This document shows positions 37,782-48,127 of a stretch of 64,000 bases of DNA, one piece after another. How positions within the stretch are numbered: the first letter of the stretch is position 1; every line of letters begins with the position of its first letter. The DNA lies in contig OZ253665.1 of the NCBI GenBank assembly GCA_965263295.1, positions 1,984,001 to 2,048,000 on the forward strand, read 5' to 3'. Position numbers and translations under genes: made by a program. The DNA comes from Spirochaetia bacterium (GTDB taxonomy: Bacteria; Spirochaetota; Spirochaetia; SP-2023). A model generated the notes under the pieces. It searched no databases. It was given only the letters and a program-made list of their open reading frames with translations, and was not told the origin of the DNA.

Positions 37782-38099
37782 ATTTTGATTACAAAATACT
37801 CTAAGATATATTATGAAATGGAGCCATAATTTTCCAATAAATATTTTTATCCGTTAAAATTTGCTTCGTATATGTGAACTAATGAAGAAAACCGAATTGT
37901 TTCTCACGCATTGCTCCTTTTATCCGGAATACAATACTAGTCAGCTCAATTATTATCATTTATATATTACTGAAAATTAGTCTTTGATTCCACTTGTGAA
38001 TCCCCATCCTACAGCTATTGTATAAAAAGCTTAACTTTCGATATATTTCAATGAACTGAAATCGAAATAAATTACAATATTTTATATAAGGGATTATTT

Positions 38100-38720
38100 A
38101 TGATGAAAACTATAACAATTGTTGACGGTGGTTACTTTAAAAAAGTTGTTGTCGTAAAGCATAAACTGGCACACCGGCAATATACAGATTTTTTATATGA
38201 TAATATTCGCTGCTGTGAAGACGAGGATGAAGAGATAATGCGCATCCTCTACTATGACTGCCTGCGCTACGAAGGAGAACAAACCCTCCCCATTTCAGGT
38301 AAAGCCAAACGGTTTCACGGCAACCCTACCGAGTTTGATGGACTGGCCGCTTATGATCTAATGGCAATTCGCTTAGGTGAACTGCGATTTCGAGGTTTCA
38401 TCCTGAAACAGGAGGGCAACAGCTTTAACCGCCTCCTCAACGATAACGATTTCTTGGCTAGCTTTGAGCAGAAAGGCGTAGATATGCGCATTGGGCTGGA
38501 CATCGCTCACTACTCCGAAAGGCGCCTAGTCGATCGTATCATCCTCATCAGCAATGACACCAACTGCATACCTGCCATGAAAGAAGCCCGTAAAAATGGC
38601 GTACAAGTTATAACAGTGGAGTTCGCGGGACAAAGCTTGCATCGCGATCTGGTAAAACACAGTGACTTTGTTCGGCCTCGCGACATTATTGACCCCGATC
38701 TGGAATGGGAGAACTCATAA
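38100..38720 (+). CDS. NYN-domain (LabA/PIN-like) protein
   Basis: IVDGGY, YYD, QKGVDMRIGLD, SNDTNCIPAM..AR..G. Confidence 0.88.
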   Translation: MMKTITIVDGGYFKKVVVVKHKLAHRQYTDFLYDNIRCCEDEDEEIMRILYYDCLRYEGEQTLPISGKAKRFHGNPTEFDGLAAYDLMAIRLGELRFRGFILKQEGNSFNRLLNDNDFLASFEQKGVDMRIGLDIAHYSERRLVDRIILISNDTNCIPAMKEARKNGVQVITVEFAGQSLHRDLVKHSDFVRPRDIIDPDLEWENS

Positions 38721-38740
38721 AGAACATCAATCGACAACGC

Positions 38741-40219
38741 CTATGGATCCCCAGATTTTTCTTGGGTTTCCCGAAATACCACTTGCAATACTTCTTCAAT
38801 TTTAGCCAAACGGACGAGCTTTAAGTCAGAAGTAATATTTGGTTTAACCTTTTGTTCCTGTTGCCTGACAGGCAATATCAATTGTTGCATGCCAAATTCG
38901 GCCGCGCTGCGCAAACGCTGTTCTTCATGCTTGATTGGCCGCAGCTCCCCAGCTAACGACAGTTCGGCGGCTGAAGTCCAGTTCTGTGGTAAGGCCTTGC
39001 CCAGCCGTGCGCTGAGTAGCGCCAATGCCAACGGCAGATCCAAAGCTATGTCCTGTAGACGCAGACCTCCAGCCACATTGATATAAATATCTTGGTCAGA
39101 AAATAAAACTCCCGTGTGGCGCTCTAATACCGCCGCAATCCGCGAAACTCGGGCATTATCCAGGCGGTCGGCAAAAATACGCGACACCGCACCCTTCGCC
39201 GCCACGGTCAGCGCCTGGACTTCCACCAGCAGGCTGCGTGAACCCTCGTGCACTGGCCCAATGGCTATGCCCGCAGGCAAGTTTCCTTCACGCTGCGACA
39301 AAAAATACAGTTGCGGACTTTCCAGCTCTTCTAGGCCCGCATTGCCCATTTGCAGAATTCCCATTTCTGATGTCGGACCAAAACGGTTCTTGTTGGCCTG
39401 CAAAATACGCAAGTCGTGCTCACCATGCTCAAAGTAAACCACACAGTCCACCATATGCTCCACCGTGCGCGGCCCAGCGATAATTCCATCCTTTGTCAAA
39501 TGGGCAACCAGTAACATGGTCAGCTGGTACTCGCGGCAACAATCCTGTAAAACCTGAGTTATGTGGCGAAGTTGCGACGGCGTTCCCGGAACCATGCCAA
39601 GGCAGGGTTCCAAGATAGTCTGCAGGGAATCAATGATCAGCAGCTCGCCTTGCCGCTGCGCAATATCCGCCTCAGAAGGGCGGCGACGTATTTCGGCAAC
39701 GATATTGCCTAAATGGTTACTGCACAACAAAGAAAACTGACTTTCAGCGCAGCCTAAACGCTGCGCACGAATTTTCAACTGTAAGGCCGATTCTTCTGCG
39801 GAGACATAGGTTACACGGCGCTTCTGTCGCTGCAGGCGCGCAGCCACCTGCAATAATAAAGTTGATTTACCAATACCTGGCTCACCGCCCAACATTACCA
39901 CCGAACCCGGCACAAGCCCGCCACCCAACACACGGTCAAACTCAGCAAAACTACTGCTCAGGCGCTGGATTTTTGGCTTCGGCACTTCAGCAATCGCTAT
40001 AGCTTGATTGTGCCCCCGCTCTCCCCCTCTGATACCCGTACCCGCCCGTCCTTCGGCGGGAGCCGAAACACCGGACGGGCTGGAGGCCCCTAAGTGGCCA
40101 GAAGCCATGACTTGCTCCGAAAAGCTATTCCAAGCCCCACAATTGCGACAACGCCCTTGCCACTGACCTTCCTGTTGTCCACAGACAGAACAGATAAAAA
40201 TTTTTTTGAGCTTTGCCAT
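38741..40219 (-). CDS. radA: DNA repair protein RadA/Sms
   Basis: C4 Zn finger, GEPGIGKST, KNRFG, Lon-like C-terminus. Confidence 0.96.
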   Translation of the reverse strand: MAKLKKIFICSVCGQQEGQWQGRCRNCGAWNSFSEQVMASGHLGASSPSGVSAPAEGRAGTGIRGGERGHNQAIAIAEVPKPKIQRLSSSFAEFDRVLGGGLVPGSVVMLGGEPGIGKSTLLLQVAARLQRQKRRVTYVSAEESALQLKIRAQRLGCAESQFSLLCSNHLGNIVAEIRRRPSEADIAQRQGELLIIDSLQTILEPCLGMVPGTPSQLRHITQVLQDCCREYQLTMLLVAHLTKDGIIAGPRTVEHMVDCVVYFEHGEHDLRILQANKNRFGPTSEMGILQMGNAGLEELESPQLYFLSQREGNLPAGIAIGPVHEGSRSLLVEVQALTVAAKGAVSRIFADRLDNARVSRIAAVLERHTGVLFSDQDIYINVAGGLRLQDIALDLPLALALLSARLGKALPQNWTSAAELSLAGELRPIKHEEQRLRSAAEFGMQQLILPVRQQEQKVKPNITSDLKLVRLAKIEEVLQVVFRETQEKSGDP

Positions 40220-40414
40220 ACAAAAGTTACCTCGAAATTGCCCCTAAATTGTCAAAGGTCAAGCAAAATCATCGCCCGGTTTTTTCACATTTTTTTCGCA
40301 CGTATCAGATTAGACCCTCAACGAAGCCCTCCCTATCAGGGCCCCCAAGATTCCAATTTTTTCCAGGATTGCAACTTTTTCCAGTGCGAACTTTATGAAA
40401 TTAAGTTTACTATT

Positions 40415-41380
40415 TCAAGCACGAATGTTAATTACTTCGTAAACATAATGTTTAAACATCAGATCCTGCAAACCACTGCAAAGTTTTATATTCAAATTAT
40501 AACCTTGGTTTATTTTGTCAATTTTGCGCAGCTCCTCTAAATTATATTTTTGCACACCTCTCAGCATATCTGCCTTCAAAGCCTTCGTACGCACATATTC
40601 AGCAATACAAACATCTTCAAAGGAATCAAAGCGCATTCGCTCCTTGATTTGTAAAAGTTTGTACCACTGATACAGCAGCTGCATGATCAGGGAAACAATT
40701 TTTGAATGGCCCTGTAATAACAAGCTGTCCACAATTTGCAAGCTATGTCCGAGCTTGCGTTCTACCATGTAATGAAATAAATCATACACCGTCGCATCGC
40801 GACTTTGGGTAAAAATCTGGCGCAACAATTCTTCGCTGAGCAGTTCAACATCTCTCTGATTTTCCAAATACAGGAATACAGTCGCCAGCGTGCGCTCCAA
40901 AGTCACAATATCGTTAGAAACCCTCTCAAACAGAACTTCTATCGCTGAAGCTTCAATTCTCTTGCCATAACTTTGACAAAACGTTGTAATATGCTGTTTT
41001 TTTTCCTCTTCATTCAATTCCCAAAATACTTTCTGTTCACTTTTAGGAAATACTTTTTCTAACGCTGCTGAAACTTTATATTCTTTGCTAAAAAGGAAAA
41101 ATATGTTCTTTATATCCTTTGCCTTACGGCACAGAATGCAAAGCTCAGCCAAACGCTTTCGATCCTTGGAACTCAGCAAGTCAATATCTGAGAGCAGAAC
41201 AGGTGGAATATCACCAAACAAAGGCGGAGATAGCAGGAGGCTCTGCAGTTCATCCAAGCTTACGCTAGAAGCATGGTAGCTCTGCAACTGTTGCGTGGAA
41301 AGTTTATTCTTATGCAGAACTCTGGCCATGGTCTCGCGTTTGCGAAACTCCTCAGGACCTAAATACAAAAATAACTGCAT
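40415..41380 (-). CDS. holA: DNA polymerase III delta subunit
   Basis: LFLYLGPEEF, PPLFG, VFWEL, TVYDL; size and fold pattern. Confidence 0.8.
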   Translation of the reverse strand: MQLFLYLGPEEFRKRETMARVLHKNKLSTQQLQSYHASSVSLDELQSLLLSPPLFGDIPPVLLSDIDLLSSKDRKRLAELCILCRKAKDIKNIFFLFSKEYKVSAALEKVFPKSEQKVFWELNEEEKKQHITTFCQSYGKRIEASAIEVLFERVSNDIVTLERTLATVFLYLENQRDVELLSEELLRQIFTQSRDATVYDLFHYMVERKLGHSLQIVDSLLLQGHSKIVSLIMQLLYQWYKLLQIKERMRFDSFEDVCIAEYVRTKALKADMLRGVQKYNLEELRKIDKINQGYNLNIKLCSGLQDLMFKHYVYEVINIRA

Positions 41381-41419
41381 TGTTACAGCCTACAGATAAG
41401 AATACTTGCTAGGAAACCT

Positions 41420-41677
41420 CTAATGGAAGCCATTAGCAAATAAATTTTCCAGAGCCTCAAGAACGGCCGTCTCGTCTTCTCCCTTGGCCTTAAGGGCAAA
41501 CTCGTCGCCCTTGGACAAACCCAAAGAAAGTATACCCAATATGGAACGGGCATCCACTACTTTATCGCGGTGAACTAACGCAACGGTGGCATTATACTGC
41601 ATTACGGTCTGCACTATCTTTGCCGACGGCGATGCGTGAATGCCTGAAGCATTGGTTACTTTAATCGTTTTCTCCAT
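41420..41677 (-). CDS. ptsH: HPr phosphocarrier protein
   Basis: NASGIHASPS (His15), DARSILG (Ser46), GEDE. Confidence 0.92.
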   Translation of the reverse strand: MEKTIKVTNASGIHASPSAKIVQTVMQYNATVALVHRDKVVDARSILGILSLGLSKGDEFALKAKGEDETAVLEALENLFANGFH

Positions 41678-41701
41678 GGCTTGGGTCAGAATGATCACAT
41701 A

Positions 41702-42031
41702 TTAGAAATGTGGCGTGTGTTTACTACTGTCGCTGCGATGATGATCCACATGCTTTGAGTGCGCACGACGACATTTTTTTTCTAATTCTTCAAAGAGATG
41801 CTCCAAACCTGGATACAGTTCCCGACTGCTATGAGAGATATGACATTTGACCTTCCAGCGGAAATGGATATTAGCTGTCAGATTATGAAGATGCTCAGTC
41901 TCTTTATGAATGGTAATAGTTAAATCTTCAATATGCTCTTCAAATTTCTTAATGCGGTGCAACATTGAGTCAACAAATTGTCTGTTGTGGTCACTCACAT
42001 TAAACGCAGCACCCTTAAGCTGAAAGTTCAT
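41702..42031 (-). CDS. hpf: Ribosome hibernation factor HPF/RaiA
   Basis: Downstream of rpoN; ~109 aa with an S30AE-like pattern. Confidence 0.75.
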   Translation of the reverse strand: MNFQLKGAAFNVSDHNRQFVDSMLHRIKKFEEHIEDLTITIHKETEHLHNLTANIHFRWKVKCHISHSSRELYPGLEHLFEELEKKCRRAHSKHVDHHRSDSSKHTPHF

Positions 42032-42175
42032 TCAGATATATCTCCTTAAATATATAAAATTAGGACTAGGACAGTCACAAGCAGAGTTTCAGTATAACAA
42101 GTTTACAGGCAATATACAATAATTTTTAGTGATGTATCACATTTAATAATGCATTGTACTGGTTTATTTTCGGTT

Positions 42176-43654
42176 TTATAAACGACCTTCACTCTGAAGC
42201 TCTGCACGATACTTGGCAACCGTCCTGCGGGCTATTTGAATTCCAAATTTTTCCAGGCGAAAAACTATTTCAGTGTCGCTCAGCTTTCGGCTAAACGACT
42301 GTTTTTCTTCTCCCCTCTTACCTTGCCTTCTGGACCCATTTCTCCTTTGCGGCAAGCTAAGTGGAAACTCCTGAAGCAGTTCCAGTATCCGTTCCTTTAT
42401 CTGCTCGCGAGACTGACCACTTGGTGCCCCTTGACTAAAGAAAAATCGCAACGGATATGTCCCCCAAGGAGTTTTACAATATTTACTTTGTATACAACGA
42501 GAAACAGTGGATACATGCAAATTGATATCTTCAGCCACATCCTGCAGCGTCATGCTTTGTAAATCCTTGACACCCAAGAGAACAAATGCCTGTTGTTGTT
42601 GAAATACGCTTTGAGCAATGTGTAACAAGGTTTCTTCCCTACGCTGTAACTGTTGTAACAAGATTTCTGCTTCCTGGCGTCTACGCCGTTGCTCGGCCTT
42701 TTCTTGCTGTGAAACACCTTTCATGGTACCAATTTGTAGTTTTGCCCCCAAATTATTCAGTAACTCAACTTCAATCATTCCGCTTTGGGCATTTTGACAA
42801 ACTTGTATTTCAGGATAAATATGAAAGTTCTGGGAATTGTTACTCAAGTGGTAACCACGTGCGGGATAGGGCTCAAGCTCCCTCAAGTCTCGCAATACAC
42901 TTTGGGCTTCGACTTGGTTTAATCCCTGTCGTTCAAGGTAGGCAAAAAAGTCCTCCAGGCTACCCAGGACTTCCAAACTTGGCAAGTTTTGTAATACACT
43001 CACGAGCTGCGAATTGGGAAAGCGAAGCTTAGCTTGCACGAGTAAGCTCTGTAGTGGAGAATCACAGGCACAACCGACAGGTTCCAGCTCTTGTATGCGC
43101 TGTAAAATTTTTGTCAGTTTATTCCTGCGCAATGCAGCTTTGCCTTTGGGCAACATGCTGGATGCAATGAATACTGGATTCTCATAGTTTAAACCGCGCT
43201 CATCCAAGTTCTGCAAAACCAGTTCACAAAATTCTTTCTCTTCTTCACTCAATTGCCATAAGTAAATCTGTTCGCGCAACACATTACGCAAATCAGGAGT
43301 ATCAGAATCCAATGAATAATTTTCCAGCATCTGCTGTCTGGCATCGCTGCGTTCAACCAGCTCATCTATGGAAAGAAAGCGGCCATTTTGCCACTGATTC
43401 TCAAGACGCCATTCACCTGGATAGCTCCGACGCCGCTTTTGCGCAACATTACCCTGCTCCCATTCCCTGGGCTCACCATCCTTCCACTGTAACTCCGGAT
43501 ATTTTTGACAGAGCGCTTCAATTTCGGCAAGCAATTCCGTAACTCCACTTTGCAAAAAATATAACGATTGTTGCTGAAACTGATTCAGCCGCATTTCCTG
43601 CGCCAAGCTTTGTTGCTGTTGTTGACTCTGGCCTGGTCCCGAACTTGCCGCCAT
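42176..43654 (-). CDS. rpoN: RNA polymerase sigma-54 factor
   Basis: Gln-rich N-terminus, EPVG, LHVSTVSR, RpoN box ARRTVAKYR. Confidence 0.95.
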   Translation of the reverse strand: MAASSGPGQSQQQQQSLAQEMRLNQFQQQSLYFLQSGVTELLAEIEALCQKYPELQWKDGEPREWEQGNVAQKRRRSYPGEWRLENQWQNGRFLSIDELVERSDARQQMLENYSLDSDTPDLRNVLREQIYLWQLSEEEKEFCELVLQNLDERGLNYENPVFIASSMLPKGKAALRRNKLTKILQRIQELEPVGCACDSPLQSLLVQAKLRFPNSQLVSVLQNLPSLEVLGSLEDFFAYLERQGLNQVEAQSVLRDLRELEPYPARGYHLSNNSQNFHIYPEIQVCQNAQSGMIEVELLNNLGAKLQIGTMKGVSQQEKAEQRRRRQEAEILLQQLQRREETLLHIAQSVFQQQQAFVLLGVKDLQSMTLQDVAEDINLHVSTVSRCIQSKYCKTPWGTYPLRFFFSQGAPSGQSREQIKERILELLQEFPLSLPQRRNGSRRQGKRGEEKQSFSRKLSDTEIVFRLEKFGIQIARRTVAKYRAELQSEGRL

Positions 43655-43761
43655 ATTCTCACCCCCACAATGTAAAACTCATTTTTCAGTAAATTGCAAA
43701 ACATAGAAGAACCATGTCAACAATATCTCAACAGATTAGCAATAGACAAAATAGACCAGGG

Positions 43762-44532
43762 TCACATCATCTGAGTCTCCATCAAATACAAACCAATCGC
43801 CAAGTGGGCAGCCATCTCGGTGCGTAAAGTCACAGGGCCTAAACTTTGTAGATGAAATTTATAATTTTCGAACAATTCCAGTTCTCGCGCTGTCCAACCT
43901 CGCTCAGGCCCTAAAGTAATTATATAGGGTTCTTTTTTATCTGAATGCCGAAATTTTCGAACTTGCCCATGTTCTTCTAGTGCAATGCAGTTTGCCAATT
44001 TAATACTTCTTTTTTGCCTTTGGTTTTCAGCCAAGTCCAAGAACTCCCGCAAATTCAAACCACTACGTTTAGAGTAATACAATTGTGGCAGCCGATTAAT
44101 ACGCCCCTGCTCTGCACCCAGAATTAAGTTTTGCTCCAGCTCTTCCCAAATGTGACTCTTACAATAATCTCCTTCACATAAGTCAGACTGAATTAAGGTA
44201 ATCTGTTCTATTCCTGCCGCTGCAAAATCCCGCAAAAGACGTTTTAAGACTGGCGGTCTCGGAAGACCAAGCCCAATATGCAATGGCTGCCAACAATTCG
44301 GCTCTTTTGCAGAATATTGCACGGACAGGATACCCAATATAGAACCATCATCTCTAAGCTGTAAAACTTCAAAATATCCTGATTGACAACTATGCAAAAT
44401 CCCAGCTTCAAAGCGATCCCCCACTCGGGCTTTCAATATACGACGTAAATGCCGGGTTCTGTAATCGTCTGCAGGCAAGATACAACGAAGTGTGTCATCA
44501 AACTCAGTAGTGCGGAACAGAAGCCGATTCAT
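43762..44532 (-). CDS. rsmE: 16S rRNA m3U1498 methyltransferase RsmE
   Basis: HLRRIL, GAEQG, LGPERGW, LGPVTLRTEMA. Confidence 0.92.
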   Translation of the reverse strand: MNRLLFRTTEFDDTLRCILPADDYRTRHLRRILKARVGDRFEAGILHSCQSGYFEVLQLRDDGSILGILSVQYSAKEPNCWQPLHIGLGLPRPPVLKRLLRDFAAAGIEQITLIQSDLCEGDYCKSHIWEELEQNLILGAEQGRINRLPQLYYSKRSGLNLREFLDLAENQRQKRSIKLANCIALEEHGQVRKFRHSDKKEPYIITLGPERGWTARELELFENYKFHLQSLGPVTLRTEMAAHLAIGLYLMETQMM

Positions 44533-44546
44533 CTTATTCTTTAAAA

Positions 44547-44562
44547 TGTTCCACGTGAAACA
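44547..44562. promoter_or_regulatory. parS site
   Basis: TGTTCCACGTGAAACA matches the bacterial parS consensus TGTTNCACGTGAAACA; intergenic, ~5.5 kb from dnaA. Confidence 0.9.
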
Positions 44563-44680
44563 ATCGGTGAAAAATCGCTAAAAATTGAGTTTCAGACTTT
44601 GTCTCAAAATGTTTGCTGATTGAGACTGATCTTTTATCCTCATGAAAATCCCCCATGGAACAAAAAAAATCAGTCTGCTG

Positions 44681-45805
44681 TTAGGCTCTTTTGTAGTTAT
44701 TTTTAGTAGCCAGCCTCAGCAGCCAACGAGGTAGAGGGCGCTGCCAACCTTTGACCTTCAAGCCAATACCCCATTTTTTGACGATGGGTATGTTATATGT
44801 TTCAACAAATTCAATTAAACTGCCGTCCGGCTCTTCCAAGTAGGCAAAGCGTCCATTGGCTATTTGGCCTATTGAAAAACTATCCTTTGTATCCACAGTA
44901 AACTCACAACCAAGTTCCTCGGCTAATTTTGTCATACAACTGACATCAAAGCATAAATGAATAAAGCCTGGGTCGCCCCAATAGCGATCCGCATACAAGT
45001 GCGGAGCCTTAGTCAAATGGAGTCCCTCACGCATGCTTTGTTGGAACTCTTTAAGCGGTGTTTGTAACACTTCAATTAATTCAATTTCACCTACTCCAAA
45101 AAATTGCCCATACAGTCCCGTTTCAGGTCTTTCTCGCTGTAGTACCACACGACGAAATCGACCAGAATTAGCCTTATTCAATACTGAGAAGCCCCTCCAG
45201 TCCGGCCAGTCTCCTTCATCTTTATTGTCAACATCCTGAATGACATGGCTATAACCAAGTATATTACGGTAGAATTTCAAGGAGGCATCCATATCCCGGA
45301 CCCCGACGACGACACCCAGAACTCCAGCACAAAATGACGGGCCATCATCGACAAAAAAGCTACGCCTGTCTTCAACTAACTGGAACCACGAACCAAATAC
45401 TGAAAAATAGCAACAGCGCTCGCCCGTTGGGCGTTCGGTGATATCCCCCAAGACTTGTAAACTGCTCTCTGAATCCTGCCGTAGACGTTTGACAATTGTC
45501 TCAATTCCCTTACAGCGTAATTTACAAATCAAAAATCCTGTGCTGCGCAAACTCATATCCGCAGGTTGAGGGAGTGGAACGCGGCTAAGATGTTGCCATA
45601 TTTCCAAACCAGCTCCTCCATGTGAATTCAGCACAAGGGCAAGATCTCTACGGCAGACTTCTCCACCGGTATAACGCAGCATAAACGGAGCATCACCCTG
45701 ATCGTTAAACACCACCGTACGGAATCCCAAGACCGTTGCAAACCAATCCAAGGCAGCTTCCTTGTCCATTACTCCCAGACCGACTTGTTGAATCGCATTA
45801 ATCAT
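44681..45805 (-). CDS. VOC/glyoxalase-family protein (two domains)
   Basis: IQQVGLGV, VGVRDMDASLKFY..ILG, FIHLCFDV, EPDGSLIEFVE. Confidence 0.85.
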   Translation of the reverse strand: MINAIQQVGLGVMDKEAALDWFATVLGFRTVVFNDQGDAPFMLRYTGGEVCRRDLALVLNSHGGAGLEIWQHLSRVPLPQPADMSLRSTGFLICKLRCKGIETIVKRLRQDSESSLQVLGDITERPTGERCCYFSVFGSWFQLVEDRRSFFVDDGPSFCAGVLGVVVGVRDMDASLKFYRNILGYSHVIQDVDNKDEGDWPDWRGFSVLNKANSGRFRRVVLQRERPETGLYGQFFGVGEIELIEVLQTPLKEFQQSMREGLHLTKAPHLYADRYWGDPGFIHLCFDVSCMTKLAEELGCEFTVDTKDSFSIGQIANGRFAYLEEPDGSLIEFVETYNIPIVKKWGIGLKVKGWQRPLPRWLLRLATKNNYKRA

Positions 45806-45967
45806 TCATACTCCTGTGTCATTATGTCTCATACAAGAACTATTTGGCATTTATAAGGATTGTAGCCATTTCAAAAATCCGTATTGCGATTAATACTCTG
45901 CTACATTCTAGATTCATTTTAAAGCAGCCTACCTGATCCCAAGTAACAGCAAGGGAAGCACTGCTTG

Positions 45968-45983
45968 TGTTCCACGTGGAACA
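45968..45983. promoter_or_regulatory. parS site (perfect palindrome)
   Basis: TGTTCCACGTGGAACA; extends to the 22-bp palindrome TTGTGTTCCACGTGGAACACAA. Confidence 0.92.
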
Positions 45984-46036
45984 CAAACAGCTAGATATCA
46001 AAGGAAATTCATCTATCATCAACCCAAAACTATTGT

Positions 46037-47119
46037 TTATGAATTCTTTGCCTGAAATTCTCCCATAAACTCTATCAGTGCATCTACACTAGCTGGGCTG
46101 ACAGCATTGTACAGTGATGCACGCATTCCCCCTACGGAACGATGTCCCTTCAAACCTTCCATTCCACGCTTTGAGGCTTGCTCCAGGAATGCTGTATCAA
46201 GACTGGCGTCACTCAATAGAAACGGCACATTCATCTCCGACCGAAACGAAAGGTCGACAGGATTGTTGTAAAAACCATTACTCAAATCAATGAATTTATA
46301 CAATTTTTCCGCCTTTGCTTTGTTTTGTTCCCGCATTGCGGACAAACCACCCAAGTCTTGCAGCCATTCCAGTTGCAACATGGCCATGTACACAGCGAAA
46401 CCCGGCGGCGTATTGTACAACGAGTTATTCTCGGCATGTAAGTGGTAACGCAGATAAGCTGGTAGTTTCTTATTGCACCACTCTAATAAGTCCTTGCAAA
46501 TGACGACAAGGCATAGACCAGCCGGGCCTAAGTTTTTCTGCGAACCGGCATATACAATGCCAAATTGCTCCCAATTCAAAGGACGAGACAAGATGTCGCT
46601 AGACATATCGGCAACGATAGGGCAGGGGACCTTTGGAAATTGCTTCCATTGCACACCGTGTATTGTCTCGTTAGAACAAACGTGCAAGTAAACAGCATCT
46701 TCTGGAACATTGAGGATCTCAGGTAACTTACAAAATTTATCAACCCGACCATCATAGGCCACATGCAGCTCATCGGCATATAACTTTAAATCAGCATGTG
46801 CTTTATTTGACCAGGCACCAGATATAACAATACTTGCCTTTTTGCGGTGACCGTGCAATAAATTCATTGGAACCATGCCAAATTGCAGTGTGGCGCCTCC
46901 ACCTAAAAGTAAGACTTGATGTGTCTCCGGAATCTGTAAAAAGCTATTTAACAAGCTAATACAGCGATCATGTACCTCGTAATAAGTTTTTCCACGATGA
47001 CTCAGTTCTAATAAAGATAGGCCATAGCCTTGATAATCTACCAGTTGTTCCTGTGCCCGTTGTAAAACCGGGCGAGGAATTGCGGCCGGACCTGCAGAAA
47101 AATTATGTTTCTTTTTCAC
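46037..47119 (-). CDS. serC: Phosphoserine aminotransferase
   Basis: NFSAGPA, ELSHR, GGGATLQF, NETIHG, ADMSS, GSQKNLGPAG, GHRSVGGMRAS. Confidence 0.97.
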   Translation of the reverse strand: MKKKHNFSAGPAAIPRPVLQRAQEQLVDYQGYGLSLLELSHRGKTYYEVHDRCISLLNSFLQIPETHQVLLLGGGATLQFGMVPMNLLHGHRKKASIVISGAWSNKAHADLKLYADELHVAYDGRVDKFCKLPEILNVPEDAVYLHVCSNETIHGVQWKQFPKVPCPIVADMSSDILSRPLNWEQFGIVYAGSQKNLGPAGLCLVVICKDLLEWCNKKLPAYLRYHLHAENNSLYNTPPGFAVYMAMLQLEWLQDLGGLSAMREQNKAKAEKLYKFIDLSNGFYNNPVDLSFRSEMNVPFLLSDASLDTAFLEQASKRGMEGLKGHRSVGGMRASLYNAVSPASVDALIEFMGEFQAKNS

Positions 47120-47221
47120 ACGTACCCCTTTGGCTGGTAGTCCCTAAAAAAAATCAAGCAAAAAGCTTTTTCTAAGGACTGTATCTATATATTTAAATTC
47201 ATATAAATTCTACGGTCTCCA

Positions 47222-48001
47222 TTATGTAGACAAACCAAACAAACGACATGCATTCTGATACAAGGCCAACTGAATTTCTTCAGCAGCCTCAAGTCGAACC
47301 TTGCAAACCTGCTCAACAGTATACTTCAGATTAGCAGGGTGATTCCGCTGCCCTCGCTTTTGCTCTGGAACCATAAATGGGCTTTCCGACTCTACGAGTA
47401 TGCGTTCCAATGGTATGACTTTCAATACATCATTTAATGCCTTAGCCGTCCGATACGTTATATTCCCTGAAAATGAAAAGTACAGATTATCATAATGTTC
47501 GCAGAACTTCTTTGCTGTAGCCAAATTGTCCGAATAACAATGCAGCACAGCTCCCTTGCTTGGAAAATGGTTACGGAGAATTTCAAAAATATCCTGACTA
47601 GCTTCGCGATTATGGATTACGACAGGTTTTTGACTCTGTTCTGCAATATCTAATTGCTCAATAAATAAGTTAATCTGGGCAGCCCGGCTACCATATTTCC
47701 TGTAGTAATCTAGTCCTGTCTCCCCCAGAGTCAGGACCTTAGTTTTTTTTAAACTATCAATCAGTTCCTGCTGCCAATGTTTTCCAAGTGCTGTAACCTC
47801 AGAAGGAGAAATACCGGCGCCAAAATACACATTGTCAGCCAGGCGCAAACCATTATAAAGGCTGTGAAAATCATCTAGATTATTTGTTATAGCTAAAATT
47901 GCAGATATACCCGCACGTTTAGCTTCTTGCGCAATCAAATATTGATCAACACTGTCTTTAACTATTAGCCCCATATGGCAGTGAGTATCAAACATTAACA
48001 T
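47222..48001 (-). CDS. tatD: TatD-family hydrolase
   Basis: DTHCH, GETGLDY, IHNREA, HCYS. Confidence 0.93.
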   Translation of the reverse strand: MLMFDTHCHMGLIVKDSVDQYLIAQEAKRAGISAILAITNNLDDFHSLYNGLRLADNVYFGAGISPSEVTALGKHWQQELIDSLKKTKVLTLGETGLDYYRKYGSRAAQINLFIEQLDIAEQSQKPVVIHNREASQDIFEILRNHFPSKGAVLHCYSDNLATAKKFCEHYDNLYFSFSGNITYRTAKALNDVLKVIPLERILVESESPFMVPEQKRGQRNHPANLKYTVEQVCKVRLEAAEEIQLALYQNACRLFGLST

Positions 48002-48127
48002 AAAAAGAAACCTATTTAAATTTTAGATAGCTGCATCTTAGAAGAACGATACAAATTATTCAACATAAGTATCCTAAGTATATTGAATAAAAATAAAGAG
48101 AGTAAGCAAAGCTTTCAAATTCTATGA

